From assembly GCF_009914755.1 (NCBI RefSeq), contig NC_060936.1: a stretch of 64,000 nt of DNA, one strand, 5' to 3'. This stretch comes from the human T2T-CHM13v2.0 reference genome, Homo sapiens. Shown here in pieces: positions 13,626 to 27,970 of this stretch. Positions within the stretch are counted from its first letter, which is position 1; every line of letters begins with the position of its first letter. The notes under the pieces were generated by a model, which searched no databases, was not told the origin of the DNA, and was given only the letters and a program-made list of their open reading frames with translations. Position numbers and translations under genes: made by a program.

Positions 13626-14511
13626 AAATTGGGTAGATTATTTCTATAGTCCCATATCAATTCTATAGACTCTCTAGAAGGACACTTTGCTGAAGGCTTG
13701 GAGAGAACTTGGAGAAAGCTCACGTCTGGTTTTAAAATTTGGGATATTTTTATCATGTTTATCATCATTTGTTCAAATAACTTCAAGAGTTTTATGTGTT
13801 TGTGTTTCAGTGTTTACGAAATCATGCAGCTATTTTTAAATGGTTCGGTATTTATTTTGGACTGTAATCCAGATTCTGCTCACAACCGCTGTTTTTCACT
13901 GGTCAGCTCTTTCAGTGTTGTTAGCTGTTTATCACGATTATGATCAGTTTAGGAGAGATTTGAGGACAACTCAGTAATTATTGATGTCTTTGCTATTCAT
14001 CATTTGATAGATGGTTTTTAAAGAATATTTAAGGAGATAGAACTTGCTACTGATGAACACTCCACTAAAATTACAGTCTTTCTTAAATCACAGGAAAACC
14101 ATTTTTTTTTGACATAAAACAGCTCTTCTAAGTGCTGGAATGTGTAATTTAAGGCTCTGACTACTACTTAGTTTTTCAGAGAATTTTCACATATGTTATC
14201 TCTACCAAGCCCTATGAGTGGGAAGATAATGTAAATTCCTTCAGTTTTCAGATTAGGAAAAAGCAAGGCTAAATCTGCCTAGTGTCATGTGGACACTAGT
14301 GGTGGAACAAGAACCCTAACTAACTCCCAGTTTGCCTTTTGACCAGCCTTTCTACATGCAATGATTGTGGCCAACCAGCTAATGTTTCAATATTTGAGAA
14401 AAATAACAGTTTGTATCCTCTCCTGCTGTGCCAAGCCACACTTACCAGCTCCTTTCTATCTTTGTCCACATAAAAAAAACCCTCAATCTTAGATTTTATG
14501 TGCTCCTTTTG

Positions 14512-14740
14512 TTCATATATATATTTAAGGTATACAACGTGATGTTTTGAAATATAGTGAAATGGTAACTGTAGTCAAGCAAATTAACATACCCATCACT
14601 TCACGTGGTTGCTTTTTTGTGTGTGGGGTAAGAGAACCTAAAACTACTCTCTTAGCAATTATCCTGAGCATGATACAATATTATTATCTATAGTACTCAT
14701 GTTGTACATTCAATCTCTAGACTTATTCATCCTATACTTG
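14512..14740 (-). mobile_element. L1MA (L1MA9-like) 3' UTR fragment
   Basis: TATTTAAGGTATACAACGTGATG...CAAGCAAATTAACATA...CTCTAGACTTATTCATCCT. Confidence 0.75.
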
Positions 14741-15104
14741 CAAGCTCTTTTTGATTTAAAACATTGGCTGCTCACTAGCCAGAGTCCTCATTATCTGTAA
14801 TACATATTCCTCCACTTGGTTTTTATTTTATTTAACTCTCTAGTATGCTATTTAGTCTGATTTTTAAAATTCTTCATGTATTCAACCCAAGTTTTGCCAG
14901 TATAACTAGGTATGTATGGATAGGGACAGACATATTTTTCCATGTACAACTCAGCTACCTATTTTATTTTTTCCTCAAAGTTTGTTGATTTTGGCTTTGC
15001 AAGATCTATATTAAAGGGACAGTTTTCCCCACCCTCTTTCTTATTAATTAAGTCATTCCTTTCCTGAAGTAAAGACCATCAGAAAGGACCATTGCCAGGT
15101 GCTG

Positions 15105-15370
15105 TTTTCTTTTTCTTTTCTTTTTTTTTTTTTTGAGACATTGTCTCGCCCTGTTGCCCAGGCTGGAGTGCACTGGCGCGATCACTGCAAGCTCTGCCTC
15201 CTGGGTTCACGCCATTCTCCTGCCTCAGCCTTCTGAGTAGCTGGGACTACAGGCACCTGCCACCACGCCCAGCTAATTTTTTTGTAGTTTTAGTACAGAC
15301 GGGGTTTCACCATGTTAGCCAGCATGGTCTCGATCTCCTGACCTCGTGATCCGCCCGCCTCAGCCTCCCA
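15105..15370 (-). mobile_element. AluY-like, 5'-truncated
   Basis: Antisense Alu ending at CAGCCTCCCA; TSD gtgctgttt/gtgcttgttt. Confidence 0.9.
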
Positions 15371-15464
15371 GTGCTTGTTTCTTTTTACGTCTCACACTTT
15401 TAATTTTTCTCCCTATTAAAAGGATGTCCTTTTGTTTCGAACTGATGTCCAGATTCAAATGAAC

Positions 15465-16015
15465 TGCCTTAGTCCATTTTGTGCTACTACAACAGAATAT
15501 CAGAGACTGGGTTATTTATTTATTTTTAATTTTAAATTTCTTTTTTTACAAAGACCAGGTCTTGCTCTGTTGACTAGGCTGGTCTTGAACCCCTGACCTG
15601 AAGAGATCCTCCTCCCTCAGCATCCCAAAGTGCTGGGATTCCAAGTGTGAGCCCAGCTAAGGCTGAGTCATTTATAAAGAAAAACAAATTATTTGGCTCA
15701 TGGTTTTGGAGGTTGGGACATCCAAGATAGAGGGTCAGCATCTGGTGAGGACCTTCTTACTGGGTCATCCCATAGTGGAAAGGGGATGGGCAAAAGAGCA
15801 TGTACCAGAGAATGAGCAACAGGGACCAAACTTGTTTTTATAACAAACCCAATCTCTCTATAACAAACCCACTTCCATGACATTAATTCATTAATGTCAT
15901 TAATGTCTGCCTCCATTGCTCTGTCCTCATCACCTAATCATTCCTAAAGATCTCATCTCTCAACACTTGCACTGGGGATTAAGTGTCCAAAACATGACAC
16001 ATTCAAACCATGGCA
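15465..16015 (-). mobile_element. MST (MSTC/D-like) MaLR LTR with FLAM_C inserted at ~15516-15660
   Basis: TGCCTTAGTCCATTTTGTGCT...CATTCAAACCATGGCA; FLAM TSD gactgggttatttat/ggctgagtcatttat. Confidence 0.8.
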
Positions 16016-16216
16016 TGACATTTCAAATAACTGTTTTCAGGGCCAGATGTATAATTTGTGGGGTGCAGTGTATAAAAAATACGTGGGGCCCTTTGTTCAA
16101 AAAAGAGAATAAAAGTACCATTAAAGGTACTAAACTATAAAGCTTTCTTCTTTAAAGATATTTTACCATTTATAGAACATTAAAGGAGTAATAGTGACAC
16201 ATGAGTAACAACATAA

Positions 16217-16556
<340 letters not shown>

Positions 16557-16620
16557 TGGTGTTGTAATTTTATATAATAAAATTAATAGTACTACTTTAT
16601 TATTGTAAAATCTTAATTGA

Positions 16621-16852
16621 TTATAAGACTTTTCTGGCTTGCTTTTCTGCAAATTCATTTATTAGATCATCAAAATTTGTACTTTTCCATCAATCTAATT
16701 AAAAGCAATTCTGGTCACTCTTGGCAAATGTAAGATGGCAAATAATTTTTTATAATTTGTAATTTTGATAAGATTCTATTGATGCTACTGTTATGGAGTT
16801 ATTAAGACTATTTTTTGACTGTGATAACATTGGCATAAATTTCTGATAAATT
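16621..16852 (-). pseudogene. Decayed hAT transposase C-terminal dimerisation domain
   Basis: Manual translation across frameshifts gives NLSEIYANVITV / SITVASIE / LSKLQIIKNYLPSYICQE* / TNFDDLINEFAEKQARKVL*, matching the hATC motif. Confidence 0.75.
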
Positions 16853-18112
16853 GTTGTGACACATATATTTTAGTATATCCAGGGCTGATAATTCTTGGGG
16901 AACAATTTTTCTAAAAATAATTTAACTCTTCATAAATTGTGTGTTTGAATTTAATTTTTAATGTAAATGTATACAATGGCATTTATTTTTTTCCTCTGGT
17001 ATTTTCTGTAACTTGCAGAGACCAATACAAGAAACTAGATAGAGGCTTTATGTTATGTATATAATTGAAAATGCCCTTTTATGAATTCTATTGCTGTATC
17101 TTTAATTACAAGAACAAAATTAATTTAAAAACTGTTTCCCTTGTTAATAATTGTTTCAGCCAAAGCTTCATATGAAAATAGAAGTCTCTCTCACTGAATG
17201 TGACAATTTTTGAGTGTAATTTCCCTTTTTAAGCCTGTAGATATTTACTTTGCAATATTGCAGCAGTTTTCAAAAGCAGAGATTCTAAACTCTTTCAATA
17301 ATTCTAATCCCTGACATGCTCCAGTTCCATGTCCATGTGTACAGACTTTTATTTTGTAATAATTTACTGTCGAAATTTACTGCCTGAGTGCCCGCAATTA
17401 TAGTCCCAGCGCTCTAGGTAGAGGGAGAGTTAATATTTGTGCAGATGTGGCAAGGACAGGCTCTGGAGACACAGGGCAAGCTGGCTTTCCTCTGCAGGTG
17501 CTGCATTTATACAGAGCCCATTCTCTCTCCTGTATCTGCTGCCATTTCTCCTGCTCCACTACTTCTGCTGCTGCTGTCACTGTTGCTATTGTCAATCTTG
17601 GGCCAGGTCCCAGCTCGGTTGTCCCCACAAGCCCCCTGGACTTCCCAGAGGGACTGCCGTGCATGCCTGCTGCCCGCCGGGCTGGTGGTGGTGAGCCCTT
17701 TGTGGATGGGCTGCTGGACCACAACAGGTTGCATGCAAAGTGGTCCAGCATCTAGCCTCTAGTTATGCGCATGTGTCACTGTCCCCTCAGCCTTCACCAC
17801 AGAACACAAGTTCAAAGATAAAATAGTAAGAGTTTTAAGACACCAGGACAGAGCATTAAGCCAAGTGCAGGCCTTGCGCAAATGCAGACTACAAGCCCTT
17901 GAAGCCAGTTCTGATCATTATGCCTTTCTGAGCAATTACTCCACCCTGAAATCAGAGATTACTGCAAGACAGTTAGAACTTGTCAGTCTCCATTGTTCTG
18001 CCTAGCTTTATGACACTGTCCAATATCAACCTCACCCATTCTTTTCTCCAGACTTGCTCCAACAAGGCTTATTGCCCTCACTCTTGCATACTACCTACCC
18101 TTGCTTACCTAC

Positions 18113-18531
18113 TGTTAGTCCATTTGCGTTGCTATTAAAGGAGTACCCGAGGCTGAATAATTTGTAAGGAAAAGAAGTTTATTTTAGCTCACGGTTCTCC
18201 AGGCTGCACAGGAAGCATGGTGATGGCATCTGCTTCTGGTGGGGGCCCCAGGATACTTACCATAACAGCAGAAGATGAAGGGGAGCCAGCGTGTGACATG
18301 GCCAGAGACAGAGCAAGAAAGAGAGGAAGGAAGTGCCAGGCTCTTTTAAACAGTCAGATCTCACATGAACTCATAGAGTGAGAACTCACTCATTACCACA
18401 AGGAAAGCACCAAGTCATTCGCAAGTGATCCATCCCCATGACCAAAACACCTCCTACTAGGCCCACCTCCAACACTGGCGGTCACATTTCAACACATGAT
18501 TTGGAGGAGACAAAATACCCAAACCATGTCA
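18113..18531 (-). mobile_element. MSTB-like MaLR solo LTR
   Basis: TGTTAGTCCATTTGCGTTGCTAT...CCAAACCATGTCA; exact 5-bp TSD CCTAC. Confidence 0.88.
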
Positions 18532-18599
18532 CCTACTAACACTGTGCCCCCTTTAACAGTTACTGCCTTCCTCCCTTGTCCCTTTCAGTAACATTTGTT

Positions 18600-18722
18600 T
18601 ATTTCACTGCTTTTTGTCTTTCACTCCTACCTCATTCCTGATGCCTGGGGTCAGTTTGCAAATAAACTACCTGCATGCCTGCCTTTGTCTCAGGCTCTGC
18701 TTTCAGGAGAACCCGGATCCTA
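18600..18722 (+). mobile_element. LTR16-like ERVL LTR 3' end
   Basis: CAAATAAACTACCTGCA...TGTCTCAGGCTCTGCTTTCAGGAGAACCC. Confidence 0.5.
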
Positions 18723-18831
18723 ATAGTTGGTACAATGCTTGGAGATGTGATTTTGGATGGGACTACTTTTGCTCATGAGATGATTAACTAGGCCACTAAC
18801 CATGCCTGTAGCCCCATTTTCAGATATCAGC

Positions 18832-19245
18832 TTTTATTCATTAACTCATTTAACGAATATTCATTGAGCATGTACTCTGCTGGGCACAGTAAATCGGAGA
18901 CAAAAGACAAAAATCCTTGCTTTTATGGTGCTCACGTGATAAGTGTTTGGAGAAAAATAAAGCAGAGGAGGGAGTTTTTGATGTTAAATAGGGTGTTGGG
19001 AATGGCCTTGCTGAGCAAAGACTTTGGATGGTGGAAGCCATGTAATGTAGCCTGAGAGAAGAAGGTTCTAATCAAAGGCAAGGACAGCTGCAAAAGCCTT
19101 GAGGTATAGCATGCCTGACTGTGCTCTAGAAGCAGCAGGATGCCAGCCACGGCTGGAGGCAGTGGTTGAGGGTGGAATTGAAGGAGATGAGGTTGAGAAG
19201 CTGGCCAAAAGGAGCACGACCTTGAAGGCTTTTGTGCAACATTAA
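18832..19245 (-). mobile_element. L2 fragment
   Basis: CATTTAACGAATATTCATTGAGCA..., GCAAAAGCCTTGAGG, GGCTGGAG L2 motifs. Confidence 0.7.
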
Positions 19246-19942
19246 CAAATTTTTTTTCTTTTTCAAAAGCTTGGCATGGTCTGCTTTACAATCTAAATGC
19301 AACAGTCTTGCATTTGGAAAGCCATCTAAACAGGGTACCACAAGCTCAGCTAACTTTCTGATTTCCTTCTCTTGGTTTTCAGAAAAATTACAAACAGATC
19401 CTTCAAAATGTTTTATTTGGTAAGATGCTCAAATTTTACTCTTGGCATTGGTATGACCATCTTTGATTTCTTGATTAAACAATACATTTTGAAACATTTA
19501 TTTATTTTTATTCAGCCACAAATGTAAATTACATATGCTATTGTCTTTATTCTAAAGAGACATTTTGTTTTCTGTAGAAATACTTTACATAAATCATTGT
19601 CTACATTCTTTGAAGACCAGCTTATGATGCTGTACATATAATTATTCTCCTTGTTTGAAATGCAGTTTCCACTCACTTGAATTTGCATTTTGATTTTCTT
19701 TCCTTTGTTTTTCAATCAAATATTTTCTTGTTAGCCAAGTATGTAAGAGAAATCTAAACTGAATTGTTTTAGTTGAGAGGTATGACATGAATATAACATG
19801 AGATTTTATATGGAGTCAATTATTCTTTGCCATAATTAAGTCAGGATGGCATAAAATTAGTTTTCTGGGTCTTTAGTCAATAGTGTTTTTGTTCAAAAGT
19901 TTTGAAGATCATTTGAAATACTCACTGACTCATTCAAAGGAG

Positions 19943-19983
19943 GCATCTTTCCCAAGACTCATTTAGAGTCTTGGGAAAGATGC
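19943..19983. repeat. Perfect inverted repeat, 18-bp arms, 5-nt spacer
   Basis: GCATCTTTCCCAAGACTC-ATTTA-GAGTCTTGGGAAAGATGC; the arms are exact reverse complements. Confidence 0.97.
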
Positions 19984-20909
19984 TGACAACAAGCAACAGA
20001 CAAATATTTATTCGTGTCCCAGGAGGCACAATTTAACCTGTATCACCCACTCTTTTTTTCATTTATTCCTCCACCCACCCTCCCGTTTCTTTTTTTATGC
20101 TTCTGGCTTTTTCTTCTTTCGTTTAAACTCTGCTCCCTTCCTCCAAACCACCTACCCCTAAAAGTCCACCAAAATGCAGTTGACAGGAGGATGAGGTCCA
20201 GACTGCAGGCTTGACAAATTATTCCAGTTCCACTTGTTCTTCCATCAAAAGTCCTGTCTAAACACTAGTGACATGTTCCCCAGTGACCAGAGAACTTTCC
20301 CACAGGAACAAAATGTTCTCCTCGCTTGGCCAGATTAATGACCTGTGTGAAATCTGCAGCCCGAAATGCTTTAAAAAGGGCATAGAAGTAACTCATGCAC
20401 TTGAACAGTTGAAAATCTATTCTACTCTTAGGCTCACTACTGTCAACTCCATGAGGGCAGCAGTCGGGATCTTTGTTGTTTGCTTTAGCTCCCCAACCAT
20501 AAATGAAATGCCTGGAACATACTCTCAATGAGTATTTCTTGAATAAATGAACAACAAACACACTTAATGCAGAGTACTGTGCTGTTTTTAAGTCAAAAGA
20601 TTCTGTTTATTAAAGTCCTACCTGAAAATAGCAAAGTGATGTAGGAATTGACTTTAGGAAATTCTTGAATCTGCTGGCAAATTGCTGTTAAAAACAACAA
20701 ATCAGTATCAAATTTGCCCAAACCCAAATAGTACCTTCTGGCAAATGGCCTGTTGAATTTAGGCAAAGTAGATAGTATTGAATCATTTCATGCAACAGAT
20801 CAAATTTAGTTATGCAGGGGGACATTTGGCAATTGATTCATCTTGGTGAGCTCATAGGGCTGGAACTCTGTTTAAAATAAAACATTTGACTGAAGTCGTG
20901 TTGAGATGC

Positions 20910-21735
<826 letters not shown>

Positions 21736-21799
21736 TGATTAAAAGAAAAAGTCTATGGATCCTTTTTAAAAATTCCTAATATAACATATTTGTGCTGTT

Positions 21800-23105
21800 T
21801 TTTCTTTTTCTTTTTTTTTTTTTTTGGTCTCCTGATCAAACTTGCCAAGATTTTTTGTTTGTTTCTATCTTATTAGCCTCACAAAAATTACCTGCTTTTG
21901 GTTCTTGTGATCCTCTAATGTTTATTTGTTTTCTGTTTCAATTACTTCTATGCTTATCTTTATTATTTTCTTTCTTGTACTTTCCTTGGCTCTACTCTTT
22001 TGTGTTTGTATTTTTTTTTTACTTCCTGTGTTGAAAGCATTAATTTCCAGTCACTTGTCTTTTCTAATCTATGCATTTCAGAGTGTAGACATCTTTCTAA
22101 CTACTATTTTTGTTGCATCCCTTAGGTTTTACCATAGTTTAATATTTTTATGTTCAACTTTAAAATATTTTCCAATTCCATTTTGATTTATTCCTTGATC
22201 CATAAACTCCTTATAATTATATTTTAAAATTTCTGAATGTAGGTATTTGAGGAAGTTATCTTTTTACTAATATATTCTATTTTTACTGAATTGTGAGTAG
22301 GCAATATGGGTTAAGTATTATGCTGATTTTTTGGTAGTTCTGAGATTTGCTTTATGACTCAGTATAAGGTCAGGTTTTATATGTTTGAAAATTTGTTATG
22401 CTCAGGATTTATGTATACATATTTCCATTAGCCCAAGCTTCATTATTATTTTGTTTAATTCTTAATATTCTTACTACTTTGTGTTTGCTTTATAAACTAG
22501 TGAGAAGGATGTTAAAATCATACATTATAATTATGAATTTGTAATTTTCTTATAATATTGTCAATATTTGAACATATATTTTAGCCATATAGTTAGGTAA
22601 CTATATGCTCAAGATTGCTATATCTTTAGGTAAATTATTTCTTTGTCATTATATAATATTTTTATCTTAAAATCATATTCATATGACATTAATATAACTG
22701 CACCAGTTTTTTTCTGGTTAGTATGTACTTATTATATCTTTTCCAATCCCTTTTCTCTGAATTCATCTGTCCTTACGTTTATTTTCCTTTGTGAACAACA
22801 TGTATCTTAAAACAATTTTTAAATTTTATTAATAGGATGATTAAAAAAGAAAGATAATAGAATACCTAACTAAAAAGCTAATAGAGGAGAAAAGTGGGAT
22901 AATAAAATAGATGATTAATCCAAAAGAAGAAGTGAATTGAGGAATAAAGGGACAAAGAACAAACAGGACAAATAGGAAACAAATAGTATGATGAGAGATC
23001 TGACAGCAATATCAATCATTTTAATAATATAAATAGAATAAATATTCCAGCTAAAAGACAAGGATTGTCAGACTGAATAAAAGACAACAACAGCAACAAC
23101 TATAT
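21800..23105. mobile_element. Old L1M fragments (T-rich antisense ~21800-22830, then A-rich sense)
   Basis: Strong strand-skew switch and L1 ORF2-like text (e.g. AAAAGACAAGGATTGTCAGACTGAATAAA). Confidence 0.6.
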
Positions 23106-23813
23106 TCTCTGGATTCTTTCTTTCTGTCAAGTTGGATCACCAGAGAGCTCTGTTTGAACTGCCTTAATCTAGTCTATAAAATGCTTGCTTTGAGCTGTAC
23201 TGTAATATTATATTGTCTGCTTATAGTGTTGGTTGATATAAAAAATGGCCAAATAAGGAATATTTCTGTATTATCTGTAGACCCCTGATTAAAGACCTGA
23301 CGTACTATGTGGTTCAGTGTCTCATATGAGGTTTCATGCAATAAATCTCTCCTGGAGTTAGTGCTAGGGAAAGTTTGGCCTCCTGACAGACTGAAAGCTT
23401 TCTCTTATTAGAGTTGTATAAAGTGACATTTTCCTTTCCTGTCTTGTTTACAATAAGCTTAGGGGTAAAATTTGTGATTATTTTTAGTGATTATTCTTAG
23501 TCTGTTTTTGGTAGAACTATTTCTCCCTTCCAGTTAATCACCACAAATTGAGCACTAAGTCTGCTTGAAGACTAAGGAAACAAAGGACACAAAGATACAA
23601 AATTGCGAAAGACAGATATATAAACAAATAATGATATTATAATAAGGTAAGTGCCATGACAGAGGTACATGCAAAGTGCTCTGGGGACACATGCAGAAAT
23701 GATTAATTTTACCTAGAATGAGGGAACTGTGAAGGCTTCACAGAAGAGGTGGCATCTGAAGCAGGGTTTAAGCACAAATTAGATTCCACCAGATGGACAA
23801 AAACAGACTACAG

Positions 23814-24141
23814 CAGTGTTGTCCAATAGAAATATAATGTGAGACACACAGGAATTTCATATTTTCTAGTAGCCACATTAAAATAGTAAAAAAAAGACTA
23901 ATTAATTAATGACATTAATTAAATTAATAATATATTTTAACTCAACATATCCACTCTATTATAATTTCAACAAGTGATAATTTTTCAAAAACATTAATGA
24001 GATATTTGACAATAAACTTTTGGTACAACCACTGAAAATCCGGTGTTCATTTCACACGTACATCACATCTCAGTTTGCACCAGCCATGTTTCAAGCACTC
24101 AGTAGCCACATGTGCCTGGTGGCCACCATACTGGACAGCAT
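23814..24141. mobile_element. MER33 hAT-Charlie element
   Basis: GTGTTGTCCAATAGAAATATAATGTGAG...GTAGCCACATGTG..GTGGCCACCATACTGGACAGCA. Confidence 0.8.
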
Positions 24142-24225
24142 AGAACTAGAGCATTTTCAAGGACAGAAATGAAATAGCATGTCTGGGAAACTACAAGTGA
24201 GCCCATGTGGTTAGAGCATGGGGGA

Positions 24226-24229
<4 letters not shown>

Positions 24230-24269
<40 letters not shown>
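24230..24269. repeat. (TG)n microsatellite
   Basis: About 20 GT units. Confidence 0.98.
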
Positions 24270-24271
<2 letters not shown>

Positions 24272-25094
24272 TTTGGTGGATTGCGGGGTAAATGGAAGAA
24301 AAAGGGACCAGAAAGGTAGATGGAGCAGGAATATGAAAAATGTTTTGACTTTATTACATTAAAATTATTGAAGGTTTCAGCAGAGGAATGCCATTTTCAT
24401 ATCTGTATTTTAAAATTATAATTTGGGAAGCAGTGTGAAAATAGATTTAAGGAGGGCTGGAGATTGGAGCTAATTAAGGAATGTAAGTGACGATTCATTG
24501 AAGAGATGAGAACTTGGGTCTGTAGTTCTGAGAGGGTGAGGAAATAATTTGACAGATATTTTTCACTTAATAATCACAGGACTTGGCAACCATTTGGATG
24601 TGAGGCATGACAGAGTAAATGAAAATGACATTAGGTTTTGAGCATGGGTAATTGTGAATGCCATTAAGTGAGAGGGAACTTAAAAATAAAGCCAAACTTT
24701 GAAAGGGCAATAATTGGTTTGACCTGTTTTGTGGATATTGAGTTGAGGTTTGTAATAAGCATTTGAAAATACTGAGTGGTACCATGTTCAATAATGAGAA
24801 AACCTGTATCATAAAAATGACCAAATTGATATACACATTTAATGCAATATTAATGATAATTTTAACTTTTTAGAACTGACTGGATTAATTATTTCAAGTG
24901 GAAAAATGAACATGTTAAAATCTCCAAGAAAATATTGAAAGGGCAGAATATTGAGGTATTTGAACAACCAGATAGCAAACTGAATATGTGATAAAATACA
25001 TTCAAGCTGCCATTATCACATTTTATAAAATAGGAACAAGAAAGGACAGTAATCTAAAAACAAAAGGTACAGGCAAATATGAGACTTAGAAGAG

Positions 25095-25343
25095 AATTTA
25101 GAGGAGTGTCTATCTGCAGAATTTAGGCAGAGTTATGGGAACTAATAAGGGGGTTGAAGCACTTTGGTGACTCTGCAAGGAAGGCATGGAGGAAGAAATA
25201 GTCAAACCCCTTTGTCTTTCCAATCTGCTGGCGCCTCCTGTTGGCCAAAGCCAATTTTAAGTCAGGAAACAAGGGGGCCTGGCTCTGGGATACAGGACTG
25301 GGGAGATAATGAATCTGAGAGAGCAAAGGAGCATTAATGACAC
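25095..25343 (-). mobile_element. Old ERVL LTR fragment (LTR33/LTR41-like)
   Basis: GGGAACTAATAAGGGGG..GAAGCAC, CCAATCTGCTGGCGCCTCCTGTTGGCCAAA, GGAAACAAGGGGGCCTGG. Confidence 0.45.
25229..25247 (-). promoter_or_regulatory. Candidate CTCF-binding motif
   Basis: Reverse strand TGGCCAACAGGAGGCGCCA versus canonical TGGCCACCAGGGGGCGCTA (16/19). Confidence 0.45.
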
Positions 25344-25875
25344 ATATGGAAAACTAACATATGACAGCTGGCATTTCAATTCCCTGGGGAGAAAGGCTTT
25401 CACAAAATGGCACTAGTTCTACATTTAAAAGAAAATGGTTGAATCATATACTTTAAAAATAAATTCTGGAGGATTAAAGATCTAAATGTTAAAAGTAGCA
25501 TTTTAATAACTTCTGGTTGAAAAAGGACTTCTTAAGCAAGAGGGGAAACCATAAAGAAAGAGATAGAATAATGTACCTACATTACCCTGCCTCCGATGTG
25601 GTATTGCTAAAACAAACAAAAAATTTTTGAATGACAAAAATAATTATCAGCAATATAAAACAAAAAATAATTGGGAAAAATATTTAATACATATTATAAA
25701 CAAGGGGTAATATTTCCTATATTTGAAAAGCTACAAAACTTAATAAGGAAGTTAACTCAATTTAAAACATGGGCAAATGATATTAATAGGCATCTCATCG
25801 AAGGAGTGTAAATGACCGTGATACACATGAAAAAAGTTTCTCATGTTCAGTCTCACTTTTACCCAGGAAAATTTA

Positions 25876-26151
25876 TCATTTATTTATTTATTTATTTATT
25901 TATTTTGTGAGATGAAGTCTTGCTCTGTTGCCCAGGCTGGAGTGCACTGGCGCAATCTCAGCTCACTGCTACCTCTGCCTCCTGGACTAAAGCAATTCTT
26001 TTGGGATTATAGGCGCCCACCACCACGCCTGGCTAATTTTTGTATTAGCCATGTTGGCCAGGCTGGTCTTGAACTCCTGACCTCAAGTCATCCGCCCCCC
26101 CTTGGCTTCTCGAAGTGCTAGGATTACAGGCATGAGCCATCGCACCCAGCC
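25876..26151 (-). mobile_element. AluS with internal deletions
   Basis: (ATTT)n tail; TSD acccagg(a/g)aaattta. Confidence 0.9.
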
Positions 26152-27788
26152 AACCCAGGGAAATTTAAAGCCCAACAATGAGTATAATTTTCATCCATCA
26201 GATTGGCATATTTTTTCTCACTATTTTTCTCTTATTGAAAAAAAGACTACATTCACATGTTAAAAAATCAAATCTACTAAAAGGTATATAATAAAGCAAG
26301 TCTCCCTCTTATTCTAAATGAATAGTCACCCAGACTCCAGGGCAGCTACGATGGAGAATTTTCTTGGTTGTCGTCCCAGAAATAGCCTCTATATATCAAG
26401 TATAGAGTGAAGAAATACACACACATGTGTGTATACATCCACATAGTCCACGTATGTGTGTAGTATAGAGTGAACATATATGTGTGTGTATTAACAGAAA
26501 CATGCATATTCATTCTGGACATGGTTTTTCATTTCCTATCAATCTACTTCATTATATTTTAGAGCTATATAGTATCCTATACTTGATATGCACCTTTAAT
26601 CAGGCTTTAGGCTGTTTCTGAACTGTTGCTACTATAAACAATACTATGAAGATTATCCTGTGTGTTTGGGTATACCTGTAAGACAAATTCTAAGATATGT
26701 AATTGCTGAATCAAATAATTTGTACAATTCAGATTTAATGGGTATTACCAAATTGCCTTCCAAAGTGGCCACACCAGTTTCACTCCCTGTAACCACAGGT
26801 GTTGAAGGATATACATCAAACCATTAATACCAATTACCTTAGGGGTTGGATGGGTAAGAAGCAGATTTTAACTTTTTTTTATACAACTCTGATTTGTTTT
26901 ACTTTACCCATGAATTACTTTGTAATTATTATTATATTTTAAAAAAGTAAATACCAGTATGAAATTCAATGGACATATATGAGAACAAGCCTCAAGTTAA
27001 GCTGACAGCTGGCTATAGAGAAAATAGCTCTATTTAAATGCATGTTTTGTTGTGAGCCTTTTTTGGAAGTAGGAAGCCCACAAATGCATGTAAATATGAA
27101 ATACAGGAACGCCTGGCTAAAATGGAAACCCTAGACTTATCTTGGCTTACACAAGCCCCTAGAGAGGTGAAAGCCCATGATCTCTACTCTTTACCTGCGG
27201 GATGTTTTTTTTGTTTTGTTATGTTTTGTGTTTTTGCACTCCACTAAAAGATTGGAAAATGTTAGCGGCTCTCGCAAATGCACACATGAACTCCTCTTGA
27301 AGAAGGTGATTTATCTGGGCCATTAACATGAATGTGCCCCTGACCCTTTCTCATTAAATGCAGGTTATGCTTTAAAGATCTTTAAAAATGTTTACCTCCA
27401 TTTTCAAAAATTTTCTGTTCTTTTGCATTCCCTACCAGCAGCTCCTTTTCAAGGTGGTGCTGCAGACTTCTGGAGGGCTGAGGCCCTGAAAGGGTGCAGC
27501 ACAGAAGGAGGGCATCGTTTAGCAAGGGTTCTGTGTGCATTCCTGTCCCTACAGGCAAGAACTCTGTACTAGGGCCAATCAAGGAGGGCCCTACAACTGT
27601 GAGTGAGGGCTGGGGCTTCAATGAAAACAAGAAGTTCCTGTAAACTCCTTGGGAAGAAGAAAAAAGGAGTACCTGGGATTTTTGAGAAAAGGTGGTAGGA
27701 ACTAATGGGAAGGCTGGATAGAGCTATGCGGAAGAGAATTAAAGACTGGGATGCTAAAGGATTTCAGAAAAGAGCCACATAATAAGAA

Positions 27789-27970
<182 letters not shown>

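Larger units (their letters stand above)
23540..24780 (-). mobile_element. L2 fragment with nested MER33
   Basis: GAAGGCTTCACAGAAGAGGTGGCATCTGAA, CAGGACTTGGCAAC..TTTGGATGTG L2 motifs. Confidence 0.65.
24780..26940. mobile_element. Old L1ME fragments (both orientations) with nested LTR and Alu
   Basis: GGATTAAAGATCTAAATGT, GGGCAAATGATATTAATAGGCA, CCAAATTGCCTTCCAAAGTGG L1 motifs. Confidence 0.55.

Noticed and set aside
17398-17762. Five overlapping ORFs on both strands
   Set aside because: They lie in the GC-rich, stop-poor subterminal region of the MER45-like transposon, and no protein family is recognisable.
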